Assembly: GCA_964558475.1 (NCBI GenBank)
Contig: CAZLEB010000001.1
Coordinates: forward strand, 1-49,878
Length of the DNA: 49,878 nucleotides
Reading direction: 5' to 3'
Source: an uncultured Actinomycetota bacterium
GTDB lineage: Bacteria; Actinomycetota; Humimicrobiia; Humimicrobiales; Humimicrobiaceae
Part shown: positions 19,145 to 29,529 of the stretch, piece after piece
Layout: each line of letters starts with the position of its first letter
Position numbering within the stretch: the first letter of the stretch is position 1
Translations under genes and position numbers: made by a program
Notes under the pieces: generated by a model
Database searches by the model: none
The model's input: the letters and a program-made list of their open reading frames with translations, nothing else
Told to the model about the DNA's origin: nothing

Positions 19145-20581
19145 ATGGAAGAAAGATTTAATCTTATTAAGGATAAAAATTTACTGGTGATTGGCCTCGG
19201 AAAGACAGGGATTTCTGTAATAAAAAAGTTACTTGATTTATGTTTGTCTATAACCGGAATTGACAATAATCCTGAACTGAATCTGGAAGACGCGTTTGGG
19301 GAGTATCCATATACCGGACGTAATAATTTAAAAATAATACTTGGTAAAGACATATCAGTAGAAAAAGAGGTTATAAAAAGTGCAGATCTCGTAATAGTTA
19401 GTCCCGGAGTTCCTGATAATGTTTCAATAGTAAAACTTGCCCTGGAGAATAAAATTTCTGTCTGGAGTGAACTGGAGCTTGCATGGAGGCTGCTAAGTAA
19501 AGAAGAGCAAAATAGGACGATAGCCGTGACAGGAACCAATGGCAAAACAACAGTAGTTACTCTTATTGGGAGAATTTTTAATGACTCCGGAAAAAATTGT
19601 ATAGTATGTGGGAATGTTGGGCTGCCGTTAATTGATACAATAAATACTGAAAGCAATAGTAACAGCTTAAAGAAAGATTTAATCCGGGTGATAGAAGTCA
19701 GCAGCTTTCAGCTGGAGAAAACATATAAATTCAAACCTCATATCAGTGTGATATTAAATATCACAAGCGATCATATAGACAGGCACGAGACTTTTGAAAA
19801 CTATGGTGATTTGAAATTAAAGCTTCTGGCAAACCAGAATAAGGATGACTGGTCAGTTATTAATATTGATGACCAATATATAAATAAAAAAATTAAAGCT
19901 ATTTCTGAAAAGAAAAATAATCTGCCGGAAATAGTTAAATTTAGCCTTGAACCGAAAGATGATGCAAATCTATTCTATAGAGATAAGCATATTTCCTACC
20001 GGATAGAAGGTAGCAGCGGGGAAATAGATATAAAAGGCTCTTTTTTAAAGGGCAGACATAATATATCTAATATAATGGCTTCTATCGCACCGGCGGTGTT
20101 AATGGATATAAATAAAAAAAGTATTGAAAAAACAATTAAAAATTTTAAGCCCCTGGACCATAGGATGGAATACCTGGGTTTTATAAAAAATATAAGATGC
20201 TTTAATGATTCGAAATCAACGAATCCGGATGCTACTTCGGTAGCCATTAATGACTTTGGTAAAGAAATTACATTGATTATGGGCGGGAAAGATAAAAATA
20301 TGGATTTTTCCGGACTGATTCAGATTCTAAATAAAAAAGTCAAAAATTTAATCTTAATAGGAGAAACTGCACCCAGGATCTACGGCCTTGCTATGGGTAG
20401 TTGTCATGATTATAAGATATATAAATGTAAAACGTTCGAAGCTGCTGTTAAAAAAGGATTTGAAGTCGCCGGTCCCGGAGAAGTTCTAATGCTCTCTCCT
20501 GCCTGTGCCAGCATGGATATGTTCAGGGATTATAAAGAAAGAGGGGATAGGTTTAAAAACCTGGTAACTTCAAAAAAATAA
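19145..20581 (+). CDS. murD: UDP-MurNAc-L-Ala:D-Glu ligase MurD
   Basis: N-terminal Rossmann GLGKTG and P-loop VTGTNGKTT. Position between mraY and ftsW. Confidence 0.95.
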   Translation: MEERFNLIKDKNLLVIGLGKTGISVIKKLLDLCLSITGIDNNPELNLEDAFGEYPYTGRNNLKIILGKDISVEKEVIKSADLVIVSPGVPDNVSIVKLALENKISVWSELELAWRLLSKEEQNRTIAVTGTNGKTTVVTLIGRIFNDSGKNCIVCGNVGLPLIDTINTESNSNSLKKDLIRVIEVSSFQLEKTYKFKPHISVILNITSDHIDRHETFENYGDLKLKLLANQNKDDWSVINIDDQYINKKIKAISEKKNNLPEIVKFSLEPKDDANLFYRDKHISYRIEGSSGEIDIKGSFLKGRHNISNIMASIAPAVLMDINKKSIEKTIKNFKPLDHRMEYLGFIKNIRCFNDSKSTNPDATSVAINDFGKEITLIMGGKDKNMDFSGLIQILNKKVKNLILIGETAPRIYGLAMGSCHDYKIYKCKTFEAAVKKGFEVAGPGEVLMLSPACASMDMFRDYKERGDRFKNLVTSKK

Positions 20582-20587
20582 GGTGCC

Positions 20588-21769
20588 ATGGAAAAGAGAA
20601 GCAATATTAAAAGATATAGTTTTTTAAAAGTTGATATAGAATATTATTTTCTGTTTATCTTAACCTTAATATTATCAATAATAGGCTTAATAATGATATC
20701 TAGCTCTTCTATTTCAGTAGGAGAGAGATATTTTAACGATCCCTATTGGTTCATAAGAAGACAGGTAATATGGTGGACGATATCTTTTGTTTTTTTTATT
20801 TTAGCTTCAAAAATAAACTACCATTATTATAAAAGATTTTCTAACATTATAATTCTTTTATCAATTGGGCTGCTTGCTCTGGTTTTTATTCCCGGTTTTG
20901 GAATTGAGATTAATGGTTACACAAGATGGTTAAATTTATGGTTTTTTAGTGTCCAGCCTTCTGAATTTGTGAAAATAGCTCTGGTTATACTTTTTAGTAA
21001 TGAACTTGATAAGAAATATAAAGATAATAAATATATTAAGAGAATAATTTTCCCATCATTTTTTGCTCTGTGTATAGTCGCTATTTTAATATTTTTGGAA
21101 CCTGATTTGGGTACAATGGTAGTTATAGGATTAGTCGTATTTGTAGTTTTATTTGTTGGTGGGGTAAAGTTTAAGCATTTATTTAGTCTGGGATTTATAG
21201 GGCTTGTGGTAACAGTTGGCTATTTATTTTTAGAAGATTACAGGAGAGAAAGACTTTTTGCTTTTATTGATAGAATAGTTGCCTTAATTCATGGAAGTGG
21301 AGAGATTGGAGAGGTCAATTTCCAAATTTCACAATCATTGATTGCTTTGGGTTCGGGAAACTTAACAGGGGTAGGCCTGGGTAATAGTGTACAAAAATAT
21401 TCTTATCTTCCTGAAGCACATACTGATTTTATTTTTGCCATTATCGGTGAAGAATTAGGTCTGGTAGGTACCATACTCATAGTAATCTTATTTATCCTTT
21501 TTATGTTTTTTGGTATTAGAGTTTGTATAAAAACCAGGGATTATTTTGGAAGGATAATGGCAGCAGGTCTTACCAGTATTATAATTGTACAGGCGATTAT
21601 TAATATTTCCGTGGTCATAGGACTGCTACCGGTAACCGGTCTAACGCTTCCTTTTATTAGTTTTGGCGGTTCTTCACTTCTTATGAGTATGATAGCAGTA
21701 GGTATACTGTTAAATATATCCAGGCATAATACATTGCCTGAAAGAACTCAGAATAATTTGGAAAATTAA
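20588..21769 (+). CDS. ftsW: SEDS-family peptidoglycan glycosyltransferase FtsW
   Basis: About 10 TM segments with LPEAHTDFIF and TGLTLPFISFGGSS motifs. dcw position. Confidence 0.93.
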   Translation: MEKRSNIKRYSFLKVDIEYYFLFILTLILSIIGLIMISSSSISVGERYFNDPYWFIRRQVIWWTISFVFFILASKINYHYYKRFSNIIILLSIGLLALVFIPGFGIEINGYTRWLNLWFFSVQPSEFVKIALVILFSNELDKKYKDNKYIKRIIFPSFFALCIVAILIFLEPDLGTMVVIGLVVFVVLFVGGVKFKHLFSLGFIGLVVTVGYLFLEDYRRERLFAFIDRIVALIHGSGEIGEVNFQISQSLIALGSGNLTGVGLGNSVQKYSYLPEAHTDFIFAIIGEELGLVGTILIVILFILFMFFGIRVCIKTRDYFGRIMAAGLTSIIIVQAIINISVVIGLLPVTGLTLPFISFGGSSLLMSMIAVGILLNISRHNTLPERTQNNLEN

Positions 21770-21806
21770 TATAATTTAAGATTTAAACCTGGCAGGTAAA
21801 ATTTAA

Positions 21807-22937
21807 ATGAGAAAAAAAATATTGATATGCAGTGGAGGTACCGGTGGGCACCTGTACCCTGCTTTAGTTATAATAGAATATATCAAAGATAATTATCCTA
21901 TGTCTGAAGTGCTTTTTATTGGAACTGAAAGAGGATTAGGAAAAGAACTTATAAAAGGGTTTGACGTAAATTATAAAACAGTGAAATCCCGCGGATTAGT
22001 TTTAAATGGAAGTATACTTAAAAAGACTATGAATATAGTAAAGTTTCTTTACTGTTTAACTTTGGGTTTTTTTCAATCATTTAAGATAGTACTGGAATTT
22101 AAACCTGATATAATACTGGGTATGGGTGGTTTCTCTTGTGCTCCAGTTCTTTCAGCTGGTATTTTTATGGGTAAGAAGATAGCCTTACATGAACAGAATT
22201 ATATTCCAGGAAGGTTGAACAGCTTCTTTTCGAAATTTGCAAAATATATTTTTATTAGTTTTAGTGATACCGGCAAATATTTTAAAGTAAGAAAAAGTAA
22301 AATAATTTTTAGCGGAAATCCGTTAAGAAAAGCGATAAGGAAGTTAAAGAACATAAGACCGGAATTTGAGAAGTGGGGCCTGGAAAAAGGACGTTTTACC
22401 ATTGTTGCTTTTGGCGGTAGTCTGGGTGCTGAAAAAATAAATGATACAGTTATAAATCTGTGTGATTATTTTAAGGGTAGTAATAATATTCAGATTTTAC
22501 TTATTTGCGGTAACCGCTTCTACAGCCAGCTTGAGAGAAATAAAAATAATGTTATTAAATCTAAAGATAAATTGATATTTAGAATTTTTCCCTATATAAA
22601 TGAGATGCAGGAAATATACAGAATATCCGATTTGATAATTTCCCGGGCAGGGGCAAATACCATATCTGAAATTATTGAGTGCAATATACCTTCAATACTT
22701 ATACCTTACCCTTACGCAGTAGCCAATCACCAGTTCTATAACGCGGACTTTCTTGCAAGGAAAGGAAAAGCTATTCTTATTAAGGATAAGGATTTTGATA
22801 AGGAAAAAGTAATTGAAGCTATAAAACTACTTGTTGGCAATAACGGAAAAAAATATAAAGAAATGAAAAACATAGAAATTAGTGGTAGTGGAATCGATAG
22901 CGCAGGGATTATTACTTCAAAACTGATGGAGTGCTAA
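21807..22937 (+). CDS. murG: UDP-GlcNAc:lipid I GlcNAc transferase MurG
   Basis: SGGTGGHLYPAL N-terminal motif, GT28 two-domain length, dcw position. Confidence 0.95.
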   Translation: MRKKILICSGGTGGHLYPALVIIEYIKDNYPMSEVLFIGTERGLGKELIKGFDVNYKTVKSRGLVLNGSILKKTMNIVKFLYCLTLGFFQSFKIVLEFKPDIILGMGGFSCAPVLSAGIFMGKKIALHEQNYIPGRLNSFFSKFAKYIFISFSDTGKYFKVRKSKIIFSGNPLRKAIRKLKNIRPEFEKWGLEKGRFTIVAFGGSLGAEKINDTVINLCDYFKGSNNIQILLICGNRFYSQLERNKNNVIKSKDKLIFRIFPYINEMQEIYRISDLIISRAGANTISEIIECNIPSILIPYPYAVANHQFYNADFLARKGKAILIKDKDFDKEKVIEAIKLLVGNNGKKYKEMKNIEISGSGIDSAGIITSKLMEC

Positions 22938-22938
22938 A

Positions 22939-24330
22939 TTGGAAAATGCCGGTAATATTTTAAAAGCAAGTAAGAAGTGTTTTCTAATCGGAATAGGCGG
23001 AGCTGGAATGAGTGCAATAGCTCAGGTACTACATGGTATGGGATTTGCGGTATCCGGTTCTGACATGAAAGAATCCCGCTATACCAATGTTTTAAAAAAT
23101 GAAGGTATTAAGATTTTCATCGGTCATAGTAAAAAAAATATTAAGGGTGCAGATATAGTCGTCTATTCTACAGCGATACCTGATAATAATCTTGAAATGA
23201 AGGCTGCTAAAGAGAAAAGGATTCCTCTTTTTAGCCGTTCCGATATATTAGCCTGGATTTTAAATAGCAGGAAGGGTATAGCCATTTCTGGAACTCATGG
23301 AAAGACTACTACTACTTCTATGATTTCTTTAATTTTCAGAGGATTGGGCCTGGATCCTATTATAATGGTTGGAGGAGAATTAAATGAACTTGGATCAAAT
23401 GCAAGGTATGGAAAGGGGGATTACGTAGTAGCTGAAGCATGTGAGAGTGATGGTTCTTTTTTGAAATACAAGCCATTTATAAGTGTCGTTACCAATATTG
23501 AAGAGGATCATTTTGATTTCTATAATAACATTGAAGAAATAAGACAAAGCTTTTTAAAATTTATTTCTAATACCAGGCCAGGAGGTCTGGTGGTTTTAAA
23601 TAGTGAAGAAACATATATTCAGGATTACTTTAAGTCCGGTGATAAAGAAATTATTTATTATGGGATTAATCCTGGAAATAATATTTATGCCGAGAATATA
23701 AAATTTTCTAATTTTACTTCCTCTTATACTCTGGTTATCGGTAAAGGGAAAAAACCAAAAAAAATAAAAATTAAGTTAAACGTACCCGGTATTCATAATA
23801 TAAAAAACAGCCTGGCTGCTTTTGCGGTATGTTATGGTATGGATCTGGATATGGAGAAAGCCGCTGGTATATTGAAATTTTTTACCGGAGTTAAAAGAAG
23901 ATTTGAAAAAAGAGGGGAGAAAAAAGGTGCTGTAATCTTTGATGATTATGCCCATCATCCTTCAGAGGTAAAAGCAACTCTGGAGGCAGCTGCAGAAGAA
24001 AAGAATAAAAGAATAATTATGGTTTTCCAGCCTCATAGATATTCCCGACTGGCCAACTTAAAAGATAAATTTGGCAGTTGTTTTAACGCGGGTGATATTC
24101 TGGTCATTACCGATGTTTATGGTTCGGGTGAACAGCCGATTCCGGGTATTACCGGTAAAATTCTAATCGACAATCTGATAGACAGTGGTTTTAAAAACAA
24201 GATAATATATATTCCAAAACTGCAGGATGTAACTGAATATCTTGAGAGCAATATGAGGCAAAATGATATGATCCTGCTGATGGGAGCTGGAGATATTACC
24301 AGAGTTACGGATGAAATATTAAAACCTTAA
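22939..24330 (+). CDS. murC: UDP-N-acetylmuramate:L-alanine ligase MurC
   Basis: GIGGAGMSAIA and GTHGKTTTTSM. TTG start with GGAG 7 nt upstream; there is no in-frame ATG before the Rossmann motif. Confidence 0.95.
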   Translation: MENAGNILKASKKCFLIGIGGAGMSAIAQVLHGMGFAVSGSDMKESRYTNVLKNEGIKIFIGHSKKNIKGADIVVYSTAIPDNNLEMKAAKEKRIPLFSRSDILAWILNSRKGIAISGTHGKTTTTSMISLIFRGLGLDPIIMVGGELNELGSNARYGKGDYVVAEACESDGSFLKYKPFISVVTNIEEDHFDFYNNIEEIRQSFLKFISNTRPGGLVVLNSEETYIQDYFKSGDKEIIYYGINPGNNIYAENIKFSNFTSSYTLVIGKGKKPKKIKIKLNVPGIHNIKNSLAAFAVCYGMDLDMEKAAGILKFFTGVKRRFEKRGEKKGAVIFDDYAHHPSEVKATLEAAAEEKNKRIIMVFQPHRYSRLANLKDKFGSCFNAGDILVITDVYGSGEQPIPGITGKILIDNLIDSGFKNKIIYIPKLQDVTEYLESNMRQNDMILLMGAGDITRVTDEILKP

Positions 24331-24376
24331 GTCAATAAAATAAATAATATGGAGCTGGTCTAGGGGAAGATTGAAA

Positions 24377-25297
24377 ATGACCGGGGAAGAGATTAAGAGA
24401 ATAATAAAAAATACTAAACTGGATAACACTGTATTTAATGCGGATACATCTAAGCTAACCTCAATTAAAGCCGGCGGAAAAGTATTATGTTATTTTGTAG
24501 CTCGCAAAATAGAAGATATGAAAAAAATGGTTGAGACCTGTATAGAAAATAAAATTGAGTTTATAGTAATAGGGGATGGTACTAATATTTTATTCAGTGA
24601 TAAATATATTGATCTGGTGCTTATAAAACTGGGGAGCGACTTTAATTATCTGAAGTTTATGGATGGAGGTAAAATTATAGCGGGAGCAGCCTACAATCTT
24701 TTAAAATTTGTAATTAAGGCTGCAGTCAATGGATACGACTTTTCCGAGCTTTCCGGTATACCTGGTACCATTGGTGGAAGTGTTATGGGTAATAGCGGGA
24801 GCAAATACAAGGGAATATGTGATTTTATAAAGGAGATAAGCTATATCTCAAAAAAAGGAGAAAATATCAGGGAAGAGACTGTTGTTTTAAACGAAAACAA
24901 CTTTGGTTACAGGCATTTTTATATTCCTGATTTAATAGTCCTTACCAGAATAGTTTTAAATGCCGGAAGAGCTGATAAAGATGATATTTTAAAAAAGATA
25001 GCAAGCAGGATAAAAAATAAAAAATTGACTCAGCCGGTTAATAGCATAAGTTCCGGTTGTTTTTTTAAGAATATAAATGGTTACTCTAAATCCGCTGGAG
25101 AATTGATAGAAAAATGCGGTCTTATGGGATTTGTTTATGGTGGTGCCAGAGTTTCAGATAAACACGCTAATTTCATTGAGAATTTTGATAATGCCAGCTC
25201 GGAAGATATATTTATCCTTTCAAAAATAGTAAAGAATATGGTTCTGGATAAATTCAAAATAGAACTAGAATATGAAGTAAAGGTAGTTGGATTTTAA
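24377..25297 (+). CDS. murB: UDP-N-acetylenolpyruvoylglucosamine reductase MurB
   Basis: FAD-binding IKAGG...GDGTNILF and SSGCFFKN motifs. ATG 24377 (after AGGGGAAG) is preferred to TTG 24371. Confidence 0.93.
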   Translation: MTGEEIKRIIKNTKLDNTVFNADTSKLTSIKAGGKVLCYFVARKIEDMKKMVETCIENKIEFIVIGDGTNILFSDKYIDLVLIKLGSDFNYLKFMDGGKIIAGAAYNLLKFVIKAAVNGYDFSELSGIPGTIGGSVMGNSGSKYKGICDFIKEISYISKKGENIREETVVLNENNFGYRHFYIPDLIVLTRIVLNAGRADKDDILKKIASRIKNKKLTQPVNSISSGCFFKNINGYSKSAGELIEKCGLMGFVYGGARVSDKHANFIENFDNASSEDIFILSKIVKNMVLDKFKIELEYEVKVVGF

Positions 25298-25298
25298 T

Positions 25299-26276
25299 AT
25301 GTCGGATATATTAGAAAAGTTTCAAAACCTACAGGTAAGAAAAAAGAAAAAATCATTAAAAATTGGAGTAATTGCAGGCGGTATTTCTTCAGAGAGAGAA
25401 ATATCTCTTTTAACCGGGAAAAATATTTATCAGTCATTACTAAAATCGGGATATGACACTGTATTTATTGATTTTAAAAATAATTTTTATAATAAGCTTA
25501 GAAAAATTAATCTGGCATTTCTGGCACTTCATGGGAGATATGGTGAAGACGGTACCGTGCAGGGGTTACTAGAGCTTATGAAAATTCCATATACTGGTTC
25601 GGGTGTGCTGGGGAGTGCTATTGCAATTAATAAGATATTATCAAAGAAGATTATGAAATGTGAAAATATCCTTACTCCGGAATACATTACTTTAGATTTT
25701 AATGACAGACAGGGCATGGTAGAAACGATGTCTCTTATTAATAAAATGCTGTCCTATCCCGTAATAGTTAAACCAAACAGCGAAGGTTCAACAATAGGGG
25801 TTAATATTGCCACCAGTGATGGCCAGCTGGAGCATGCAGTTAAAGATGCATTAAAATATGATAATAAAATCTTAATTGAAAAATATTTTAGCGGAAGGGA
25901 ATTGACCGTTAGTATTATAGGCAACGTGCCGGTCGCTCTTCCAATTATTGAAATAAAACCCAAAAGTGGTTTTTATAACTATAAGGCGAAGTACACCAGG
26001 AATATGACCGAATATATAGTTCCCGCTAAGCTGAATAAAGAAATATCCGGACATATATCGGAAGTGGCAGTAAAGTGCCATAGAGTATTGGAATGCAGTG
26101 GTATATCAAGAGTGGATTTTATATTGGACAGTTGTGAAAATGCCTATGTTTTGGAATTAAATACTATGCCTGGTATGACTGTTACAAGTCTGGTTCCCAA
26201 AGCAGCTGAAGCTGCAGGTATTAATTTTGATTTGTTAGTGGAAATAATATTGGATTTGGCAAATTTAAAAGTGTAA
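25299..26276 (+). CDS. ddl: D-alanine--D-alanine ligase
   Basis: LHGRYGEDGTVQGLLE and ATP-grasp LELNTMPGMT motifs. ATG 25299 lies 1 nt after the murB stop; the listed TTG 25287 is less likely. Confidence 0.95.
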   Translation: MSDILEKFQNLQVRKKKKSLKIGVIAGGISSEREISLLTGKNIYQSLLKSGYDTVFIDFKNNFYNKLRKINLAFLALHGRYGEDGTVQGLLELMKIPYTGSGVLGSAIAINKILSKKIMKCENILTPEYITLDFNDRQGMVETMSLINKMLSYPVIVKPNSEGSTIGVNIATSDGQLEHAVKDALKYDNKILIEKYFSGRELTVSIIGNVPVALPIIEIKPKSGFYNYKAKYTRNMTEYIVPAKLNKEISGHISEVAVKCHRVLECSGISRVDFILDSCENAYVLELNTMPGMTVTSLVPKAAEAAGINFDLLVEIILDLANLKV

Positions 26277-26359
26277 TTTCAGGTGATAAAATTAAAGACA
26301 GCAGAAACATTGTCTTAGCCAGAAAAAGAAGAGTCTTATTAAGGAAATTTTGGAATTTT

Positions 26360-27061
26360 TTGAAATTACTTTTAATTATTGCATTTTTTGCAGCAGCAGT
26401 ATGGGGATTAAACTATTTTTACAATAGCGGGTATTTTAAGATTAAAAATATAGATGTCCAGGATAATACTCATTATGAAGATGAAGAAGTTATAAGTTTA
26501 ATACCCGGAGTAATAGGCACCAATATATTTGAGATAAATAAAAAGGAAGTGGAAGAGACAATAGCCAGTGAGCTAAACTGGGTAAAGGAAGCAGAGCTAG
26601 CCAAGATTTTTCCGGACCGGGTTATAATAAGATTAATTGAAAGAGTACCTAGTCTTAAAATAGTATATAAAGGTGAGTATTTTCTTATTGATAATGAAGG
26701 GGTGGTATTGGAAAAGATCACAAAAGAAGAGCAGGGCAGTTATAAAGATTTGATTCTCGTAAGAAATGCTGTTAGTTATAATATCAATGTAGGAGAAAAA
26801 ATTGCAAAAAAAAATGTCTTAAGCTGTATAGATATTTATAAAGCCTTTGATAGTCAGATAAAAAGCATAATCATGGAAGCAAGACTGGAAGATAATGTTT
26901 CAGGAGATATAGTTTTTGAAACTAAAGATGGGAAAGAAATTATTTTTGGCGACAGCAGTGATATTGTAAAAAAAGTTGAAATATTAAAACAATTGTTAAA
27001 AGAAGAGACGGATTATACTATAATGGATTTAAGGAGCCCTGAGAGTCCGGTAATAAAATAA
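26360..27061 (+). CDS. ftsQ: Cell division protein FtsQ/DivIB (TM + POTRA)
   Basis: TM helix, then a POTRA-like FKIKNIDVQDNTHYEDEEV. The true start is probably upstream (see finding at 26231-26362); 26360 is the first canonical start. Confidence 0.85.
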   Translation: MKLLLIIAFFAAAVWGLNYFYNSGYFKIKNIDVQDNTHYEDEEVISLIPGVIGTNIFEINKKEVEETIASELNWVKEAELAKIFPDRVIIRLIERVPSLKIVYKGEYFLIDNEGVVLEKITKEEQGSYKDLILVRNAVSYNINVGEKIAKKNVLSCIDIYKAFDSQIKSIIMEARLEDNVSGDIVFETKDGKEIIFGDSSDIVKKVEILKQLLKEETDYTIMDLRSPESPVIK

Positions 27062-27077
27062 AAAAGTGGAGGTTCGA

Positions 27078-28331
27078 TTGTCAGCGAATGACGAATATAT
27101 TGTGGGTATTGATATAGGTACTACTAAAGTCACCACTTTGATCGGAAGGGTAGAAAGAAATAATATACTAAAGATAAAGGGCTACGGAATTTCTGGCTGT
27201 AAGGGAATTAAAAAGGGCCTGATTACAGATGTAAACGAAGCTACCAAGTCTATACTCAATTCCATAGAGATGGCTGAGAAATCAACCAAAATGTTTATCG
27301 ATAATGCCTATATAGGAGTTACGGGTAAACATATTTCTTTTGTAAGTAATTGGTGTGAAATAGATATAAGTTCCCCTAACAAAATAGTAAGAAAAGCAGA
27401 TGTAGATAAGCTTATTTACATGGCAAACAAAGTAAATATATCGTCGCAATATGAAATCATTCATACTCTAATCAAACAATTTGTTGTTGATGAAGAAAGA
27501 GGAATAGTGGATCCTATAGGTCTGTCAACAAATAAACTGGCGGTTGAACTTCTGGCTATTTATGGGACAGCTTCTCTAATCAGTAATGTGGTCAATAGTG
27601 TAAAAGCTGCTAAAATAGAGATTGAAGATATAATTATAGAAGCTCTGGCTTCAAGCGAGGCTGTTCTTACTCCGGAGGAGAAGGAGAGTGGAGTAATACT
27701 TCTTGATATTGGAGGGGGAACAACCGATGTTGCAATATATAAGAATAAAAAAATGGTATTTGTATATTGTCTGCCGGTAGGAGGAGATTTAATAACCAAT
27801 GATATTTCTATCGGCCTCAATATAACTTTTTCAAAAGCGGAAGAAATTAAGAAAAAATTTGCTAATGTTGATTTCAATTTTTATGAGACTTTAAATAAGG
27901 TGAATATAGGTGATATTAAGATAGACAGCAACAAAACAACATTAAATATAAGATTGTATAATATAGTAAATTGTAGAGTTAAAGAATTACTGAGCCTGGT
28001 TAAAGGAAAGGTTGAAGGTTTCAGTCTTATGCACGAAGTTCCTTGCGGTCTGGTTATAACTGGAGGGACATCACTGCTTAAGGGTATAGCTCCACTGGCT
28101 AATTCAGTTTTTAATCTACCTGTAAGATTAGGAGTTCCTTATGATACGGAAGGACCTCCAGAAGTAATCGGTAGTCCCATATATTCTACGGGAGTTGGTT
28201 TATTAAAGTATGCCTCTCAACTGGAAAATTACCGTAGTCTTAATCAAATTGGTGAGAAGAGGGAGCTGCATACTTTTATAAATAAATTTAGAGAATTTAT
28301 TTTAAAAATTTTAAAAAATGAAAGCAGGTGA
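27078..28331 (+). CDS. ftsA: Cell division protein FtsA
   Basis: Actin-fold motifs VGIDIGTTKV and LLDIGGGTTDVAIY. TTG 27078 is preferred because GGAGG (27068-27072) lies inside the listed GTG 27066 start. Confidence 0.93.
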   Translation: MSANDEYIVGIDIGTTKVTTLIGRVERNNILKIKGYGISGCKGIKKGLITDVNEATKSILNSIEMAEKSTKMFIDNAYIGVTGKHISFVSNWCEIDISSPNKIVRKADVDKLIYMANKVNISSQYEIIHTLIKQFVVDEERGIVDPIGLSTNKLAVELLAIYGTASLISNVVNSVKAAKIEIEDIIIEALASSEAVLTPEEKESGVILLDIGGGTTDVAIYKNKKMVFVYCLPVGGDLITNDISIGLNITFSKAEEIKKKFANVDFNFYETLNKVNIGDIKIDSNKTTLNIRLYNIVNCRVKELLSLVKGKVEGFSLMHEVPCGLVITGGTSLLKGIAPLANSVFNLPVRLGVPYDTEGPPEVIGSPIYSTGVGLLKYASQLENYRSLNQIGEKRELHTFINKFREFILKILKNESR

Positions 28332-29515
28332 TGAGTGTGAGTTCGGATTTTGATAAAAGTTATTATGCCGTTATAAGAGTCATAGGAGTTGGCGGCGGAG
28401 GCAGCAATGCAATAAATAGAATGATGGAAGATAATTTAAGCGGGTGCGAGTTTGTAGCCATAAATACTGATGCGCAGGCTCTTATGATGTCAAGTGCCGA
28501 CAGGAAAGTATTAATTGGAGAAAGTGGGCTGGGCGCAGGATCCAACCCTGAAATTGGCAGAATAGCCGCTGAAAAATCTATAGAATCTATAAAAGAGGTG
28601 GTAAAAGATGCAGATATGATATTCCTGACAGTGGGTGAAGGAGGAGGAACCGGAACCGGTGCAGCTCCTATTATTGCAGCTGCTGCCAGGGAAGCAGGAT
28701 GTCTGACAGTTGCGGTAGTAACGAAACCATTTACGTTCGAAGGAAGAAAAAGAATGTATCAGGCTGAGGAGGGTGTTGAGAATTTAAAAGATAAAGTTGA
28801 TACTCTTATAATCATACCAAATGATAGACTTCTGGAAATTTCTGATGATAATACCACACTGCTTAATGCCTTTAGACTTGCAGATAATGTGCTTAAAGCA
28901 GGTGTGAGAGGAGTTACCGATCTAATCACCCTGCCAGGACTTATTAATCTGGATTTCGCAGATGTAAGATTCATAATCAAAAATGCAGGGAATGCAATAC
29001 TGGGAGATGGAATGGCATCTGGCGAAAGCAGGGCTATTAAAGCTGCTCAAAATGCAATTAACAGTCCTCTTATAGAAACCTCCATAGAAGGGGCGAGCGG
29101 AATTCTGCTAAATATATCAGGTGGGCCTGATTTAAAGCTATTTGAAGTCAACCAGGCGGCTGAAATTATAAGAAATGCTTCCAGTCCAAATGCAAATATT
29201 ATTTTTGGTGCTGTTATTGATGAAAGTATGAATGATATAGTAAAAGTGACTGTTATCGCTACCGGTTTTGAATCCCGTAAAACCCAGAGGCTGAAAACAG
29301 ATGAGGAACAAAAGAAGAAGAAAGAAGTAGAGAAGAAGCTAGAATCAGACAAGAAGTTAGAGGTAGAGAAGAAGTTATTCGAATTTGAAAAAGATATACT
29401 GTCTGTAAAAGATAAGAAAGAAGGTTTTAAAAAGGTATCCGAACATGACTTCAGGTCTTTAGAGGAAGATGATTATCTTGATATACCTACTTTCCTCAGG
29501 AAAAATAAAAAATAA
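28328..29515 (+). CDS. ftsZ: Cell division GTPase FtsZ
   Basis: GVGGGGSNA and tubulin signature GGGTGTGAAP. C-terminal peptide DIPTFLRK. Start is GTG 28328 or ATG 28331, overlapping the ftsA stop. Confidence 0.98.
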   Translation: MMSVSSDFDKSYYAVIRVIGVGGGGSNAINRMMEDNLSGCEFVAINTDAQALMMSSADRKVLIGESGLGAGSNPEIGRIAAEKSIESIKEVVKDADMIFLTVGEGGGTGTGAAPIIAAAAREAGCLTVAVVTKPFTFEGRKRMYQAEEGVENLKDKVDTLIIIPNDRLLEISDDNTTLLNAFRLADNVLKAGVRGVTDLITLPGLINLDFADVRFIIKNAGNAILGDGMASGESRAIKAAQNAINSPLIETSIEGASGILLNISGGPDLKLFEVNQAAEIIRNASSPNANIIFGAVIDESMNDIVKVTVIATGFESRKTQRLKTDEEQKKKKEVEKKLESDKKLEVEKKLFEFEKDILSVKDKKEGFKKVSEHDFRSLEEDDYLDIPTFLRKNKK

Positions 29516-29529
29516 TTTATTTATTTAAA

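Noticed and set aside
19138-19656. 172-aa minus-strand ORF antisense to murD
   Set aside because: It lies entirely inside the well-supported murD frame. Its S/L/F/P-rich low-complexity translation is typical of the antisense of an AT-rich gene, and I saw no motifs.
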